Below, one piece after another: positions 7,781 to 18,384 of a stretch of DNA of 64,000 nt. Under the pieces are notes generated by a model that was not told the DNA's origin, did not search any database, and saw only the letters and a program-made list of their open reading frames with translations. Location: the sequence record OZ035782.1; one strand, 5' to 3'. The position numbers were made by a program, and so were the translations under genes. The first letter of the stretch is position 1, and the number at the start of each line of letters is the position of its first letter. This DNA comes from Felixounavirus LF110P2.

Positions 7781-10480
7781 TTAGTGAACCTCAAGCCAGC
7801 TTTTACCAACCTTACCAGTACCTGTAACAAGTGTTTCTTTCTTAAGACCTAAGTTCTTAGAAGCTTGTCCATAATACCAGTCAGTAACCGCTTTCACCTC
7901 TGCCGTCATGCTTTCTGGACATTCCCAACTCGTCTCATCGTGATATGCGCAGAGTAAACGAGCACCAATAGCTGGTTTGCGACCATTCAACTTCATCAAG
8001 CCTTCGTCAATCATACGACGACAAGCAAGGTTAATCGCCTCATTTTGAATCTGAGCCTCTGAACCCATCAAAAGATAGTTCAATAATTTGTGTGGAGATT
8101 TACACCACAACCAAGCTCCAGCAACCTTTACAAAACCCCCTTTAGAGATTGCAGCAGTCTTACCAAACACCTCTTCAAGTGCCTTTTTAGTCGCTTTGTA
8201 GTCAGCTTCCAAGTCATCTAGCAGCTTCTTAATTTTAGGCAAACGAATAAAGTAAGTCTGTTTAGTCAGTGCACCTTCCTGAGTAGTTGCAGCCTTAATT
8301 GTCTTAGCAAACTTCTCATCACCTGCACCGAACAGCAGTGCATAGATACCATTCTTAGCTTTCTTACGACCCTTACTAATCTCATGAAGAAGACTCTCAT
8401 CCTGAGTAGCTCGACAAGTCAAGATATCCTGCTCATCATTCAAGCTAAAGTAAATGCTGTTCAGTGTATGAGCATCAGTCCCTGAATAGACAACGTACAG
8501 GTCATTCTCAGAGTCATAGCGAAGGTACTTATCAATCTCTGGGTTGAGGTACTCATCAAAATGTTTGCAGTAATAGCGTCCATCCTCTTGACGAATAAAC
8601 TCAATCTCTTCTTTACCTTGCGTTACCGCTTTGGTGAAGTCTTTATCACCCATAAAGTTACAAAGAAGAACTAGCTGAGCTGAGTTCATATCTACAGAGA
8701 CAACGTTAGTACCTTCCTCACAAATCCACACTGCCCTCATTGGTTCCCCATAGACAGCAGCACCAGACGGTACGTTTACAATACCATATTGTGTCATACG
8801 TCCAGTTGAAGTACCAAACACCATTGCACCAGCACTAAGGCGACCATCAGGACGAATCTGGTTCAACCAACCTTTTTCATCATCCTTTGAGTTCTCAATA
8901 GTTCTGCGTCGGTGCATCAAAGTATAGTACTTAGCAATCTTCTGTCCAAGTTCACCTTCAATCGTATCATAAGATGACTCAGTAAGCTTTGGTGAAGTAC
9001 GGATTAAGCAAGGCTCAAGCAAATCTGTGTATTTTTTCACAGACCAGTTATGCTCAATGTACTGGACACCTTCATGTTCAACATAGTTCAAACCACACCG
9101 CTCAACCATTTCCTGCCACTTAGGATGTTTTGTAATCATCTTTTTATTGTCTTTGAAACGACAAACTTTAACAGGGCGACCATCTGAGTCTTTCTTGTAG
9201 TTCCAGTCATCTGGAATCCAACCAACTGATTTCAAGTAGTCTTTAACAACTGCTACCTGAGTCATACGAGAAACTTCAAACTCAATTGGTGTATACGGTG
9301 CATCAATCAAACCTGTGTAGCGACTTGACTCAAGTTCAAAGTGGTTAACAACATGACTGTTATAGTACTTCACAGTTTTAACTGTTTTTACTGGCTTCCA
9401 GTCTTTGCATTTCTTACCAATCTTTGCGTTCAACTCATTGCAAATTGCACGAGCATCCTTCATTGCTACAAAACCTTCTTTGTACTCTTCACCAGTTACA
9501 GAGTTGGTTGGTGTATAGCAATTCCGCTTTTCAATGTTAAAAATCTTTGTAGTTGGCTTACCAAATGGCTTGATTTCATATGTCTGCATCTCACCGTTAC
9601 GTACCTGTTGACGATACTTTGTCTTAGGGTACTTGGTAATTCTCTTCAGTCCATCTGCATGACCAAATGCTTCAACATACTCATTCCAAGCTTTTGCAAA
9701 TTCTTCTCCAGTGACTTTACCTTTGGTCTTAATAGTTGGAGGAAGATGTGGTTCAACTTCTGAAGCAAGCTCATTAGTCAATTTGTCAAGTTCCTTTACA
9801 TGGAACTCCATAAGCTCTTTATCAGCTTTCCAACCATTTATAGCCTGTTGACTCATCCAGAAAGATGTTTCTTTAGCTCGCATGTAGGTTTCATAAGTGT
9901 CTATGCCACACTTCTTCAGCTTGAGATATTCATTATCCAGTGCACGTTTAGTTTTGGCGTTAATACGGATATCTTCCACAACACGAGTGAAGATTTCTGC
10001 ATTCCACACACCCCAATGTTCAATCTCTGGTTTACGTACACCAACACGCGCACCCCATGCAGCCAAGCCATGAGCACCTTTATAACCTTTTGGAGTTGGT
10101 CTATCCATCCACTGAACACGAGACTGGATAAGAGAATCCTGAAAGAAATTACTCCACGGCTTACACTTTGGATTATCAAAGTTCCATAAATCAGGTGCAA
10201 TGTGATTGAAAACCCACCAGTCATAACCGAGACCGTTATGGATGCAAAGACGTTTTGCCTTTAACGCAAACTCAATACCTTCGCGTAAGCCACCCTTAAT
10301 ATACTTGGTATACTTGTGACCGAGTATAGGCTCATCTGTAAAGACCCATACAGGCGGCTCTTCATCGTCAGATTTATAGTCTGCGAAAGCCATTACGTGC
10401 ACTTTAGTGAACTCAAGGAGTAAACCATCAGTTTCTGTATCACCAACTAAATGTAAGTTTTTAAAATCTACGTTTTCCAT
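7781..10480 (-). CDS. DNA polymerase, family A, with 3'-5' exonuclease domain
   Basis: Exo I motif VGDTETDGL; pol motif B RKKAKNGIYALLFG; motif C YHDE; start moved to Met at 10480 preceded by AGGGAG. Confidence 0.9.
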   Translation of the reverse strand: MENVDFKNLHLVGDTETDGLLLEFTKVHVMAFADYKSDDEEPPVWVFTDEPILGHKYTKYIKGGLREGIEFALKAKRLCIHNGLGYDWWVFNHIAPDLWNFDNPKCKPWSNFFQDSLIQSRVQWMDRPTPKGYKGAHGLAAWGARVGVRKPEIEHWGVWNAEIFTRVVEDIRINAKTKRALDNEYLKLKKCGIDTYETYMRAKETSFWMSQQAINGWKADKELMEFHVKELDKLTNELASEVEPHLPPTIKTKGKVTGEEFAKAWNEYVEAFGHADGLKRITKYPKTKYRQQVRNGEMQTYEIKPFGKPTTKIFNIEKRNCYTPTNSVTGEEYKEGFVAMKDARAICNELNAKIGKKCKDWKPVKTVKTVKYYNSHVVNHFELESSRYTGLIDAPYTPIEFEVSRMTQVAVVKDYLKSVGWIPDDWNYKKDSDGRPVKVCRFKDNKKMITKHPKWQEMVERCGLNYVEHEGVQYIEHNWSVKKYTDLLEPCLIRTSPKLTESSYDTIEGELGQKIAKYYTLMHRRRTIENSKDDEKGWLNQIRPDGRLSAGAMVFGTSTGRMTQYGIVNVPSGAAVYGEPMRAVWICEEGTNVVSVDMNSAQLVLLCNFMGDKDFTKAVTQGKEEIEFIRQEDGRYYCKHFDEYLNPEIDKYLRYDSENDLYVVYSGTDAHTLNSIYFSLNDEQDILTCRATQDESLLHEISKGRKKAKNGIYALLFGAGDEKFAKTIKAATTQEGALTKQTYFIRLPKIKKLLDDLEADYKATKKALEEVFGKTAAISKGGFVKVAGAWLWCKSPHKLLNYLLMGSEAQIQNEAINLACRRMIDEGLMKLNGRKPAIGARLLCAYHDETSWECPESMTAEVKAVTDWYYGQASKNLGLKKETLVTGTGKVGKSWLEVH

Positions 10481-10535
10481 TTTTACTCCCTCTAAAATCA
10501 TTAACCTCATACATTACTGCAAAAAATTATAAAAA

Positions 10536-10575
10536 GCAAGTTGACAATGCACTTGACAAGGTGTTAATCTTTGCG
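10536..10575 (+). promoter_or_regulatory. candidate sigma70-like promoter with doubled TTGACA
   Basis: TTGACAATGCACTTGACAAGGTG...TTAATC at the head of the rightward operon; same architecture at 56093. Confidence 0.4.
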
Positions 10576-10737
10576 AAGTGGGTTTTTACTTAAAAGGTTA
10601 CTTAACAGCTTAACTATACAGATACTTTAAAACTCTTAAAAGATTATTTAATAGCTTTTAAAAAGCTTTAAAGTATAACGTATAGAATACGTTAAGATAA
10701 AAGATTAAAACTTAATAGTTACTTAAAAGAGGCTTAC

Positions 10738-11160
10738 ATGCAGAAAATGTTTGTTCACCCAGACATAGCTGACTTTGTTAGAGCTTTGCAGAAGTTGGAA
10801 GAACTTGACATTGCTGCTCAACGGGAATATGCTCACCATCACAGGAGAATGGTTGATATACAACATGAAATAGAGTTGTCTGAAAACTATGAAGATGACT
10901 TAAAATGCTCTGTATTTGAGCATATGAAAGATGTTGCTACAGCAAGACGTAAAGCTAAAGACACAGTTGCTTTACTAGATTCTCTTAAAAAGAGGTTGCA
11001 AAGTGGTACAGACCTGTGTAATCTAGCGTCACTGATTAACGATGTTGAAACTTCTTGGGATAGGCACTATTATCCACGTTCTGAAAAGACACTTGACTTT
11101 TCTTCATCAGAAAACTTAAAATGTTCTAGAAAGAAACTTAACCAACTGAGAGAGAAATAA
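10738..11160 (+). CDS. hypothetical protein
   Basis: 140-aa ORF, first gene of rightward block. Confidence 0.5.
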   Translation: MQKMFVHPDIADFVRALQKLEELDIAAQREYAHHHRRMVDIQHEIELSENYEDDLKCSVFEHMKDVATARRKAKDTVALLDSLKKRLQSGTDLCNLASLINDVETSWDRHYYPRSEKTLDFSSSENLKCSRKKLNQLREK

Positions 11161-11161
11161 T

Positions 11162-11974
11162 ATGAATATCAATGTGGAACAGATGCTTGAAGAGAAAGGT
11201 GTTGATGAAGCATTCTTAATCAATGCCGTAGAAAGCATGGCTATGATTCTTCGTGGAAATAACTACACAGAACAGTTTATGCCTGCAAGCTACAACTTAC
11301 CTGAAGACAAGTCTGATAGTAGTGCTTTTGCAGAGCAGGTTAATATGATGCTGTGTGACAAAACGCTTGCTTTAGCATCTATCGTTGTAGGTGTCGATGC
11401 TCTTGCAGAGTTCATTTTTTATGAGATGCAGAAAAATGACTATATTGCCATGACATCTGAAGAAAAAGACTCGCTGCTGCTCTTAGATAATGATGAGCTA
11501 GTTGGCCTGTTAATTTCTTCAACGAGTGCTGTTATGGCTGCTCTTGAGAAGCGTATGAATGAGAAGTTGTCACGGTATGAAAAACTTGATTGGGGCGTAG
11601 AAGAATTAAACCCACGAATCAAAGAGATTATCCAGCAAACCAAAGCTTCTTTGGAAGAAGCTGTGAAAGATGATTATGTAGCTGGCATAGAACCACTACA
11701 GGTGAAAGTTGCATTGATGATGCCAGCTATCTCTACGATGATGAATATCGTTGCATTAATCCAGCTTTCACAGATGATGGGTACAACCATCGAGTTCATT
11801 GAGAGTATGACTGGTGGTGTCAGTATGCAAGCAATCAATGATGTTTTGGTGAGCATTGGAGCTTCAATCATTGAAGAGAAACTGCGCATTAACTTTGGTG
11901 ACGATTTTGTGAAGCAAATCGCAGCTATGGCTGAAAAAGAACACTCACAGATTACCACTGAACAACTGCACTGA
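11162..11974 (+). CDS. hypothetical protein
   Basis: 270-aa ORF. Confidence 0.5.
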   Translation: MNINVEQMLEEKGVDEAFLINAVESMAMILRGNNYTEQFMPASYNLPEDKSDSSAFAEQVNMMLCDKTLALASIVVGVDALAEFIFYEMQKNDYIAMTSEEKDSLLLLDNDELVGLLISSTSAVMAALEKRMNEKLSRYEKLDWGVEELNPRIKEIIQQTKASLEEAVKDDYVAGIEPLQVKVALMMPAISTMMNIVALIQLSQMMGTTIEFIESMTGGVSMQAINDVLVSIGASIIEEKLRINFGDDFVKQIAAMAEKEHSQITTEQLH

Positions 11975-11986
11975 GTTTTTATAAAT

Positions 11987-12012
11987 ATTACAAGCCTCCT
12001 TAGTTGGGGGCT
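11987..12012 (+). terminator. putative terminator hairpin
   Basis: AGCCTCC..GGGGGCT hairpin followed by TTTTTAG. Confidence 0.4.
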
Positions 12013-12035
12013 TTTTAGTAATTAAGGGAGATAGA

Positions 12036-12779
12036 ATGAGTAATATTATCGCATTTACTGGAAAGGCACGCTCTGGAAAAGACACCTCATGTTCTATTGT
12101 GAAGAACATCTTAGAGGATGAGTACGGCTACAATGTTGCTGTAATGGCCTTTGCAGACAACCTTAAAATGTCTGCATCAAAGATATTTGACCTGACTTGG
12201 AATGACCTGTATGGTGAAACTAAAGAGACTCCACAGGTATTTGACTTATCATATCCTGAACTGATGTTTAAAGTTACGGAAGCTATGGAGTTCACCTTCA
12301 GAGATGAACGTTACCATATGGACTTCAAGCTTATGTCAGAGTTAACCGGACGATTAATCATGGAGCTTAAGAAGGTTGCTAAACCTACCCTATTAACACG
12401 TCTGGGATTTAGTAAAAAGTATAAATTCTCATCAAGACAAATTCAACAGATTTGGGGTACTGAAGTTGTCCGTAAAGTAATGGGCGACAAGTTCTGGTCT
12501 AAAGACCTTGAAAAAAGAATGGTTAGATTCCATGAAATGTGCTCACTTAGAAATCAATATGGTTTTGTCTTAATCAGTGATTTAAGATTTGACTCTGAAG
12601 CTGAATGGCTGAGTAGATTTGCACACCAAACTATTGAAGTAAAAAGAGACAATGTGGACAAAGTTTCATCACATGTTTCAGAAAATGGGATTTCTACAAA
12701 ATATGAGCGTGACATTATTCATAATAATGGTACTCTTGCAGACCTTGAGAACAAGCTAAGAGCCATCATTAAAGTTTAA
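12036..12779 (+). CDS. deoxynucleoside monophosphate kinase
   Basis: N-terminal P-loop FTGKARSGKDT resembles T4 gp1 dNMP kinase (SGVKRSGKDT). Confidence 0.65.
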   Translation: MSNIIAFTGKARSGKDTSCSIVKNILEDEYGYNVAVMAFADNLKMSASKIFDLTWNDLYGETKETPQVFDLSYPELMFKVTEAMEFTFRDERYHMDFKLMSELTGRLIMELKKVAKPTLLTRLGFSKKYKFSSRQIQQIWGTEVVRKVMGDKFWSKDLEKRMVRFHEMCSLRNQYGFVLISDLRFDSEAEWLSRFAHQTIEVKRDNVDKVSSHVSENGISTKYERDIIHNNGTLADLENKLRAIIKV

Positions 12780-12787
12780 AAGAGAGA

Positions 12788-12988
12788 ATGAAGATGAGAG
12801 TAAAAGACAATTTTAAAGTTATTGACCACCGTTTAGTGGAACTCTCATCTCTTTCCAATGAGGTAATGATTGAACGTCTTAAGAGAGTTGAATCACGAAG
12901 GAAAGAGATTGCAGATGAAATTCATGAACTGGACAAGATTGAAAATGGATTGAAGGCAGAACTACAACGAAGAGGTGCTAATGTCTAA
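12788..12988 (+). CDS. hypothetical coiled-coil protein
   Basis: 66-aa ORF. Confidence 0.4.
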   Translation: MKMRVKDNFKVIDHRLVELSSLSNEVMIERLKRVESRRKEIADEIHELDKIENGLKAELQRRGANV

Positions 12989-14966
12989 AGGTCGTAAATT
13001 GAAAGAGGCTGGTCAGTTTGTTGGTCATTGCGCATGTCCACGTTGTGGTTCATCAGATGCTGGTTCAATCTATCATCATGACGATGATTCTTATTCAATG
13101 ACTTGCTTTAGTTGTAACAAAGGTTTCCCAGAGTGGGATTTTGATAAAGGACAAATTGTGAGCACTTATTCTACTGGTTCAGAAAATAAAAACCGTACTT
13201 TCCGTGGAATGGATTTAGACGATGTAAAAGAAAACCTAGAAGCAATGGACTTGAAAGATAGGAAGATTCCTGCAAAAGTCCTTGAACGCTTAGGTATCAA
13301 GGTTGACATTGACAGTGATGGTGAAATTGACGCGCATTTCTATCCAACTTACAAACGTAATGAAGATGGTAAGCTAGAGCACGTTGGCTACCGTGTTCGT
13401 CACCGTTACCCAGAAGACCATCCAAAAGAACACCTACGAGGTAAGTTAAAAGACTTTTCTGGTGGTGTTGGAGACATTAAAGGTGAACTGGCAATGTTCG
13501 GTTCATGGATTGCTCCAGAAGGTGGTAACCGTCTATTCATCTGGGAAGGTGAGATGGAATGTGCGACAGCAATCTATATGACTTCTCTTGCGATTAAGGA
13601 TAAATCTCGTCGTAAGAATTACTGTCACGTATCTGTTCCATCAGGTGCAAACATCAAGTCTATCAAAGATAACTATCAGTACATTACATCATTTGATGAG
13701 ATTTACTTGTGCTTTGATAACGATGAAGCAGGTGCTAAAGCCACTAAAGATGCTGCTGGTATCCTACCTATTGAGAAGGTTCGTTTATTCCAGTATCCAG
13801 AAGGCGTAAAAGACCTTAACGAGTGGTGGACAAAGTTCTATAAAGAGAAAGACACAGTTCTGGAAGGATTTAAGCAGCGTATCTACAATGCACCTCGTTA
13901 CTGTCCTGCTGGTATCAAGAACTTTGCAGATGGTTTTGAGGCAATGAAGAATCGTGGTCAGATTCCATTGATTCCTTTCCCAGAATCTTTCGGAGATTTG
14001 AACAGGCTGACTTATGGTGGTTACGGTTTAGGTGAGATTACAACTATTGCAGCACCATCTTCAGTAGGTAAGTCAGCTTACACTCGTGAGATGATTTATT
14101 CAGCTTGGAAAGAAACTGATTATAATATCGGTGTAATTCCTGTAGAAGATACCTATGAAGAGTTGATGGAGATGCTCTGTGCAATCCACCTGAGCAAGCA
14201 GATTTCTGAGATTCCTTATGACGAACGTGATTGGGATGAATTGAAGAAGGCACACGCAGAACTGTCTAAAGGTCGTCGTATCCACATCGTTGACCATCAA
14301 GGGGCAATTGACCAAGATAACTTGCTGGAGTTTGTTGACTATCTTGTTAACAGCTTAGACTGTAAGATTATTATTCTTGACCCTATTACGTTGGCTCTGT
14401 CACGTTCAGATACGGATGAAGAGGAAGTTTTATCTGAGCTATTGCGTCGTTGCAAACGCTACCAGTATGCACAGGTGAACGTCTGTCACGTTCGTAAGAG
14501 TGCAGGTGGTCAGAAGGCTAACTCTGAAGGTGGAGATATCTCTGAAGAGGATATTAAAGGTTCTGGTGCGTATTTCCAGATTTCTATGAACAACATTCTG
14601 TTAATGCGTAACAAGGTTGACCCAGACCCTGTTAAGAAAAACTTGACAAAAATCAAGTTAACTAAGTGTCGTCGTCATGGTAAGTCAACAGGTATTGCTG
14701 GTCATACTTGGTACAATCCAGATACAGGACGTCTTATCAAAGCTTCTGGATGTGGTGTTGATATTGATGGTGCAGCAGAAAATATTCGCCAGCAGTTTGG
14801 TATTGGTGAAGCTGAAGACCATTACGATGACTCTTTGCCACATTATGAGGACGAAGTGTTTGACCGTGAGACTGGTGAAGTCTATACTGAAGAGCAGCGT
14901 CAAAGCTCAACGATTCCACCTGTATTAAGTGAGGATGCAGATGACTGCCCGTTCGAAACTGAGTGA
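12975..14966 (+). CDS. bifunctional DNA primase-helicase (T7 gp4-like)
   Basis: N-terminal Cys4 zinc ribbon (CPRCG...CFSC), TOPRIM FDNDEAG, Walker A PSSVGKS and Walker B IIILDP. Confidence 0.85.
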   Translation: MLMSKGRKLKEAGQFVGHCACPRCGSSDAGSIYHHDDDSYSMTCFSCNKGFPEWDFDKGQIVSTYSTGSENKNRTFRGMDLDDVKENLEAMDLKDRKIPAKVLERLGIKVDIDSDGEIDAHFYPTYKRNEDGKLEHVGYRVRHRYPEDHPKEHLRGKLKDFSGGVGDIKGELAMFGSWIAPEGGNRLFIWEGEMECATAIYMTSLAIKDKSRRKNYCHVSVPSGANIKSIKDNYQYITSFDEIYLCFDNDEAGAKATKDAAGILPIEKVRLFQYPEGVKDLNEWWTKFYKEKDTVLEGFKQRIYNAPRYCPAGIKNFADGFEAMKNRGQIPLIPFPESFGDLNRLTYGGYGLGEITTIAAPSSVGKSAYTREMIYSAWKETDYNIGVIPVEDTYEELMEMLCAIHLSKQISEIPYDERDWDELKKAHAELSKGRRIHIVDHQGAIDQDNLLEFVDYLVNSLDCKIIILDPITLALSRSDTDEEEVLSELLRRCKRYQYAQVNVCHVRKSAGGQKANSEGGDISEEDIKGSGAYFQISMNNILLMRNKVDPDPVKKNLTKIKLTKCRRHGKSTGIAGHTWYNPDTGRLIKASGCGVDIDGAAENIRQQFGIGEAEDHYDDSLPHYEDEVFDRETGEVYTEEQRQSSTIPPVLSEDADDCPFETE

Positions 14967-15222
14967 TAGTTATAAAAGAGAGGGGTTCACACCATTCTTT
15001 GAAGAAAAAAGTTTAAATAAATTTCAGGAAGAGTGTTTGACAAAGATTGATAGGTTCTATAGAATGCTCCACATGAAATGCGATGGAGAAGTTGAAATAG
15101 AACAACAGTTCCATCAAAGTATGATTACAGTCATCATTACACTGCCTCAGCATAATATTGGTTGGCTGTTTATAATGAAAGAAAATGTGTTTGAATATCA
15201 AGTATATCGGAGAATATCATGA
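14929..15222 (+). CDS. hypothetical protein (start uncertain)
   Basis: 97-aa ORF overlapping the helicase 3' end. Confidence 0.3.
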   Translation: MRMQMTARSKLSDSYKREGFTPFFEEKSLNKFQEECLTKIDRFYRMLHMKCDGEVEIEQQFHQSMITVIITLPQHNIGWLFIMKENVFEYQVYRRIS

Positions 15223-15440
15223 AACACTCTAAAGCATTTGAAAAAGTTTTTGGGGATTCCTTAAAAGCCACTGCTGGAAAACCAGCAAAATACTATGAAG
15301 AAAAACGTGTAAGAACTGGAAAAACTGCACGTAAAGCAGCTTCTAAAGATAAGCACAACTTCCAGTAATTAGTATTTGACAATAGAGTATCAACAAATTA
15401 GAATTGGTACTCTTCATAAATTGAGATAGAGGTTTAAATA

Positions 15441-16298
15441 ATGTCTAAAGTTGTTAAAATGAAAGCTCCGGTAGAGAAGTACAACGGTACTGAACGTCAA
15501 ACTCTGCGTTACCTGCTGAAAGATGTCTGGTTTTATTACCTGAACACTTCACCACGTCCGGGAAAAGGTAAATCTATTGACAAGAAATTCCCAGGAAAAG
15601 ATTGTAACTACAGCGTATCAATTCTGGCAGAAGACGGTAACAAACTCTTTAAAGAGTTTACTAAGTCTAAGAAGAACCCAGAAGGTTGGGATAAAGTTAC
15701 TACTGAAGCAGTTGATGCAGATGACTTCGAAGAGAAGTTTGGCTGCAAACCACCATTTGAAGCAGACACTTACTACATCTTGAAAGTAAGTCGTGCAGCA
15801 GCTTATAAAGATGGTGCTGTATGGACAGCTAAACAGTCATTCCCTGTAATGCTGATTGAAGAAGTGAATGGTAAGCGTGTAGCTGTTAAGCAGCCGATGA
15901 AGAAAATTAAAGCTCAAGCATCTGATAAACACGAAGATGACAAGAACTATGATGTAATTCATCCAGATATTGCAGTTGGTAACGGTTCTTTTGGTAGTGT
16001 GATTCTCTCTACTCACTTCTACACTTTTGAGAACAATGTTCTGACAAAACCTATTCAGGAACAGTTTATCATTGATACCCTTGTACCTTACACTGGTGGT
16101 AACGGTGCTAATGGTGAACCTGAACTGGATGAAGATGAACTGGCTATGCTTGGTCTTGATGGTGTCGAAGATAACGGTGAAATCACTGAAGAAGACGCAA
16201 CAGACCATAAATCTTCGAATGATTCTGATGATGGTGATGATGAAGATTTGCCAGACCCAGATGACGAAGAAGATGAAGACTTCGATACAGAAGATTAA
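15441..16298 (+). CDS. putative single-stranded DNA-binding protein with acidic C-terminal tail
   Basis: C-terminus DEDLPDPDDEEDEDFDTED resembles acidic tails of phage SSBs (T7 gp2.5-like); location in replication module. Confidence 0.45.
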   Translation: MSKVVKMKAPVEKYNGTERQTLRYLLKDVWFYYLNTSPRPGKGKSIDKKFPGKDCNYSVSILAEDGNKLFKEFTKSKKNPEGWDKVTTEAVDADDFEEKFGCKPPFEADTYYILKVSRAAAYKDGAVWTAKQSFPVMLIEEVNGKRVAVKQPMKKIKAQASDKHEDDKNYDVIHPDIAVGNGSFGSVILSTHFYTFENNVLTKPIQEQFIIDTLVPYTGGNGANGEPELDEDELAMLGLDGVEDNGEITEEDATDHKSSNDSDDGDDEDLPDPDDEEDEDFDTED

Positions 16299-16307
16299 TC
16301 TCTAAAG

Positions 16308-16336
16308 TTACTTTAAAGCCCTGTACTCCGTATGGG
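16308..16336 (+). terminator. rho-independent terminator
   Basis: AAGCCC..GGGGCTT hairpin plus TTTTC. Confidence 0.5.
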
Positions 16337-16359
16337 GCTTTTTCATATGGAGAGCCATA

Positions 16360-17406
16360 ATGGAGAAGTACACATTAACAAAACTTCCCGATTCAGTTAC
16401 ACATGTCTTTATTGACTCTGACAGTATTGCCTATAAAGGTGCTTGTGTAGTTGAGAAAGCAAAATATAAATACGTCAATAAACTCACAGCAGAAGAATCT
16501 GAACCATTTGACAATGCGAAAGATGCTGCAAGATGGTTAGCAGACCAGAGAATCCTTGTGGAAGAACTTGGCCTGACATTTGATGAAGATGAATGGGAAA
16601 GACAGACTTGGAAAGAAGCTAAGAGTGAAAAAGAAGCTATCATGGCTACTCAACAGGTGCTTCAGGAATGGCTTAAGGTTGTTGGTAAAGAAAGAACTTG
16701 GGTAGGTTATTTAACAGAGAAAGGTGTGCATAAACATAAAGACATTAAAGGTCTTGAGCACCAATATCAAGGTAACCGTAAAGATGCTGTCACACCAACA
16801 CACTTAGTTGCTTGTCGTGAATACCTTTTATCCAGACCAGAGTTCAAGCTCTTAAAGGGGGGCTTCGAAGCCGATTCAATCGTAATTGCTAAAGCTGAAA
16901 AGATGGGTAAGAAGGCTGCTCTTATGAGTATTGATAAAGACCTTCGACAAGCTGAAGGAACTTATTGTATTGATATGACTTATGAAAAATCACCACTAAT
17001 CTTTATTGCTGATAATAATGTTGGTGATATCTGGGATTGTCCTATCAAATCAAAACCAAAAGCTGCAAAAACAGTTGGTGTAGGTTTTAAGTTCTTGTGC
17101 TATCAGGCTGTTGCTGGAGATAATGCAGACAACTACTTCGGACTTAAAGGTGCTGGTAAAGTAGCTGTGATGAATGCTTTAGATGGTAAAGAGACCTACA
17201 AAGAGTGTCTTGATGCTATCTATGAACTCTATGCTAAAAAAGACTCTTATACCTATGTGTCATGGGATGGACAGACTGTTACAAAGACACCGTTAGAGTT
17301 AATGGAACAGCATTTCTTCCTAGCTTATCAAGAGCGAAATAAATCAGATATTTTTTCATTTGAAAAGTATGGTTGGACTCCAAATGTTGACTCAGCAGAT
17401 ACTTAA
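16360..17406 (+). CDS. 5'-3' exonuclease / flap endonuclease (RNase H-like)
   Basis: FIDSDSIAYKGA N-terminal PIN-like motif and GFEADSIVIA...SIDKDLRQ matching the FEN family (EADD...DKDL). Confidence 0.7.
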   Translation: MEKYTLTKLPDSVTHVFIDSDSIAYKGACVVEKAKYKYVNKLTAEESEPFDNAKDAARWLADQRILVEELGLTFDEDEWERQTWKEAKSEKEAIMATQQVLQEWLKVVGKERTWVGYLTEKGVHKHKDIKGLEHQYQGNRKDAVTPTHLVACREYLLSRPEFKLLKGGFEADSIVIAKAEKMGKKAALMSIDKDLRQAEGTYCIDMTYEKSPLIFIADNNVGDIWDCPIKSKPKAAKTVGVGFKFLCYQAVAGDNADNYFGLKGAGKVAVMNALDGKETYKECLDAIYELYAKKDSYTYVSWDGQTVTKTPLELMEQHFFLAYQERNKSDIFSFEKYGWTPNVDSADT

Positions 17407-17884
17407 AGAATATCTACACTATGACCCCGAAACAGGGGTCTTTACGTGGATAAAGAAATCAGCTAACAGAACAGTTATAGGTTCCATTGCAGGTACACCA
17501 CATAAGCGAGGTTATATTAGGATAAAAATTAAAAGAAAACCCTATATGGCTCATGATTTAGCAATCCTGTACACAGACGGTTTCCTACCTAACAGAGTAG
17601 ACCATCGAAACGGTATTACTAATGATAATCGGAGATTAAATCTAAGGGTTTGCACACAAGCTGAAAACTCTTGGAATAGAAGAACACACTCCAACAACAC
17701 ATCTGGAGTTAAGGGTGTATCTTTCTATAAGGCTAACCAAAAATGGAAGGCCAGAGTTATGACACACGGAGTATCTCACTTTCTGGGGTATTTTGACAGT
17801 ATTGAAGATGCCAAAGATGCAGTCACAAAGAAAAGAGAAGAACTACATAAAGATTTTTCAAATCACGGAGAAGCTTATGAATGA
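17360..17884 (+). CDS. HNH homing endonuclease with AP2-like DNA-binding domain
   Basis: HNH core (DHRNGITNDNRRLNLRVCTQAEN) and AP2-type GVKGVSFYKANQKWKARV...HFLGYFDSIEDA; true start probably Met near 17384. Confidence 0.7.
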   Translation: MKSMVGLQMLTQQILKEYLHYDPETGVFTWIKKSANRTVIGSIAGTPHKRGYIRIKIKRKPYMAHDLAILYTDGFLPNRVDHRNGITNDNRRLNLRVCTQAENSWNRRTHSNNTSGVKGVSFYKANQKWKARVMTHGVSHFLGYFDSIEDAKDAVTKKREELHKDFSNHGEAYE

Positions 17885-18378
17885 AGATTAAAGGATTTGG
17901 CAATTGCCCCACCTACGGTCATTGGGTATCTTTATGTGGGGAAGTTGACCCCACTAAACATTTTGGCTTTGTCTATTTAGTACACTGTAAGAAGACTGGA
18001 CAATATTATATAGGAAAGAAACAGCTTAACAGTGTGACCAAAAGAAAAGTTGCTGGGAAGACTCGGAAGAAGGTAGTCACTAAGGAAAGTGATTGGATGA
18101 CTTACGAAACCTCTTCTGAGTATATTAAAAAAGATATTGAGAGCTTTGGAAAAGAATTTTTTGACTTTTACATTATTCAGACCTACTACACAAAAGGTGG
18201 CCTAGTCTATGGTGAAGCAAACCTTCAACATAAATTCGATGTAATGACAAAAAGGATTGACTCTAAGCTCAGACTCTTCTACAATGCCAATATTGCAGCA
18301 ATTAAGTTTATCACTAAAGAAACTTATGAAGATGCTGAAAAAAGAATCCATAAGGTAATGAAAGCAAATTGTGCTTGA
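17881..18378 (+). CDS. GIY-YIG domain protein (putative homing endonuclease)
   Basis: FGFVYLVHCKKTGQYYIGKK matches the GIY...YIG signature. Confidence 0.5.
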   Translation: MKIKGFGNCPTYGHWVSLCGEVDPTKHFGFVYLVHCKKTGQYYIGKKQLNSVTKRKVAGKTRKKVVTKESDWMTYETSSEYIKKDIESFGKEFFDFYIIQTYYTKGGLVYGEANLQHKFDVMTKRIDSKLRLFYNANIAAIKFITKETYEDAEKRIHKVMKANCA

Positions 18379-18384
18379 TAACTA

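Noticed and set aside
9341-10224. Three ORFs (9341-9763 plus, 9800-10189 plus, 9916-10224 minus) inside the DNA polymerase gene
   Set aside because: Antisense or out-of-frame to a polymerase gene with conserved motifs; low-complexity hydrophobic translations typical of AT-rich antisense frames
7781-10510. T4-like (family B) DNA polymerase, as first suggested by the td/frd/nrd/rII gene set
   Set aside because: The protein has family A motifs (DxE exonuclease motif, RxxAKxxxYxxxFG, HDE) and none of the family B YGDTDS-type motifs
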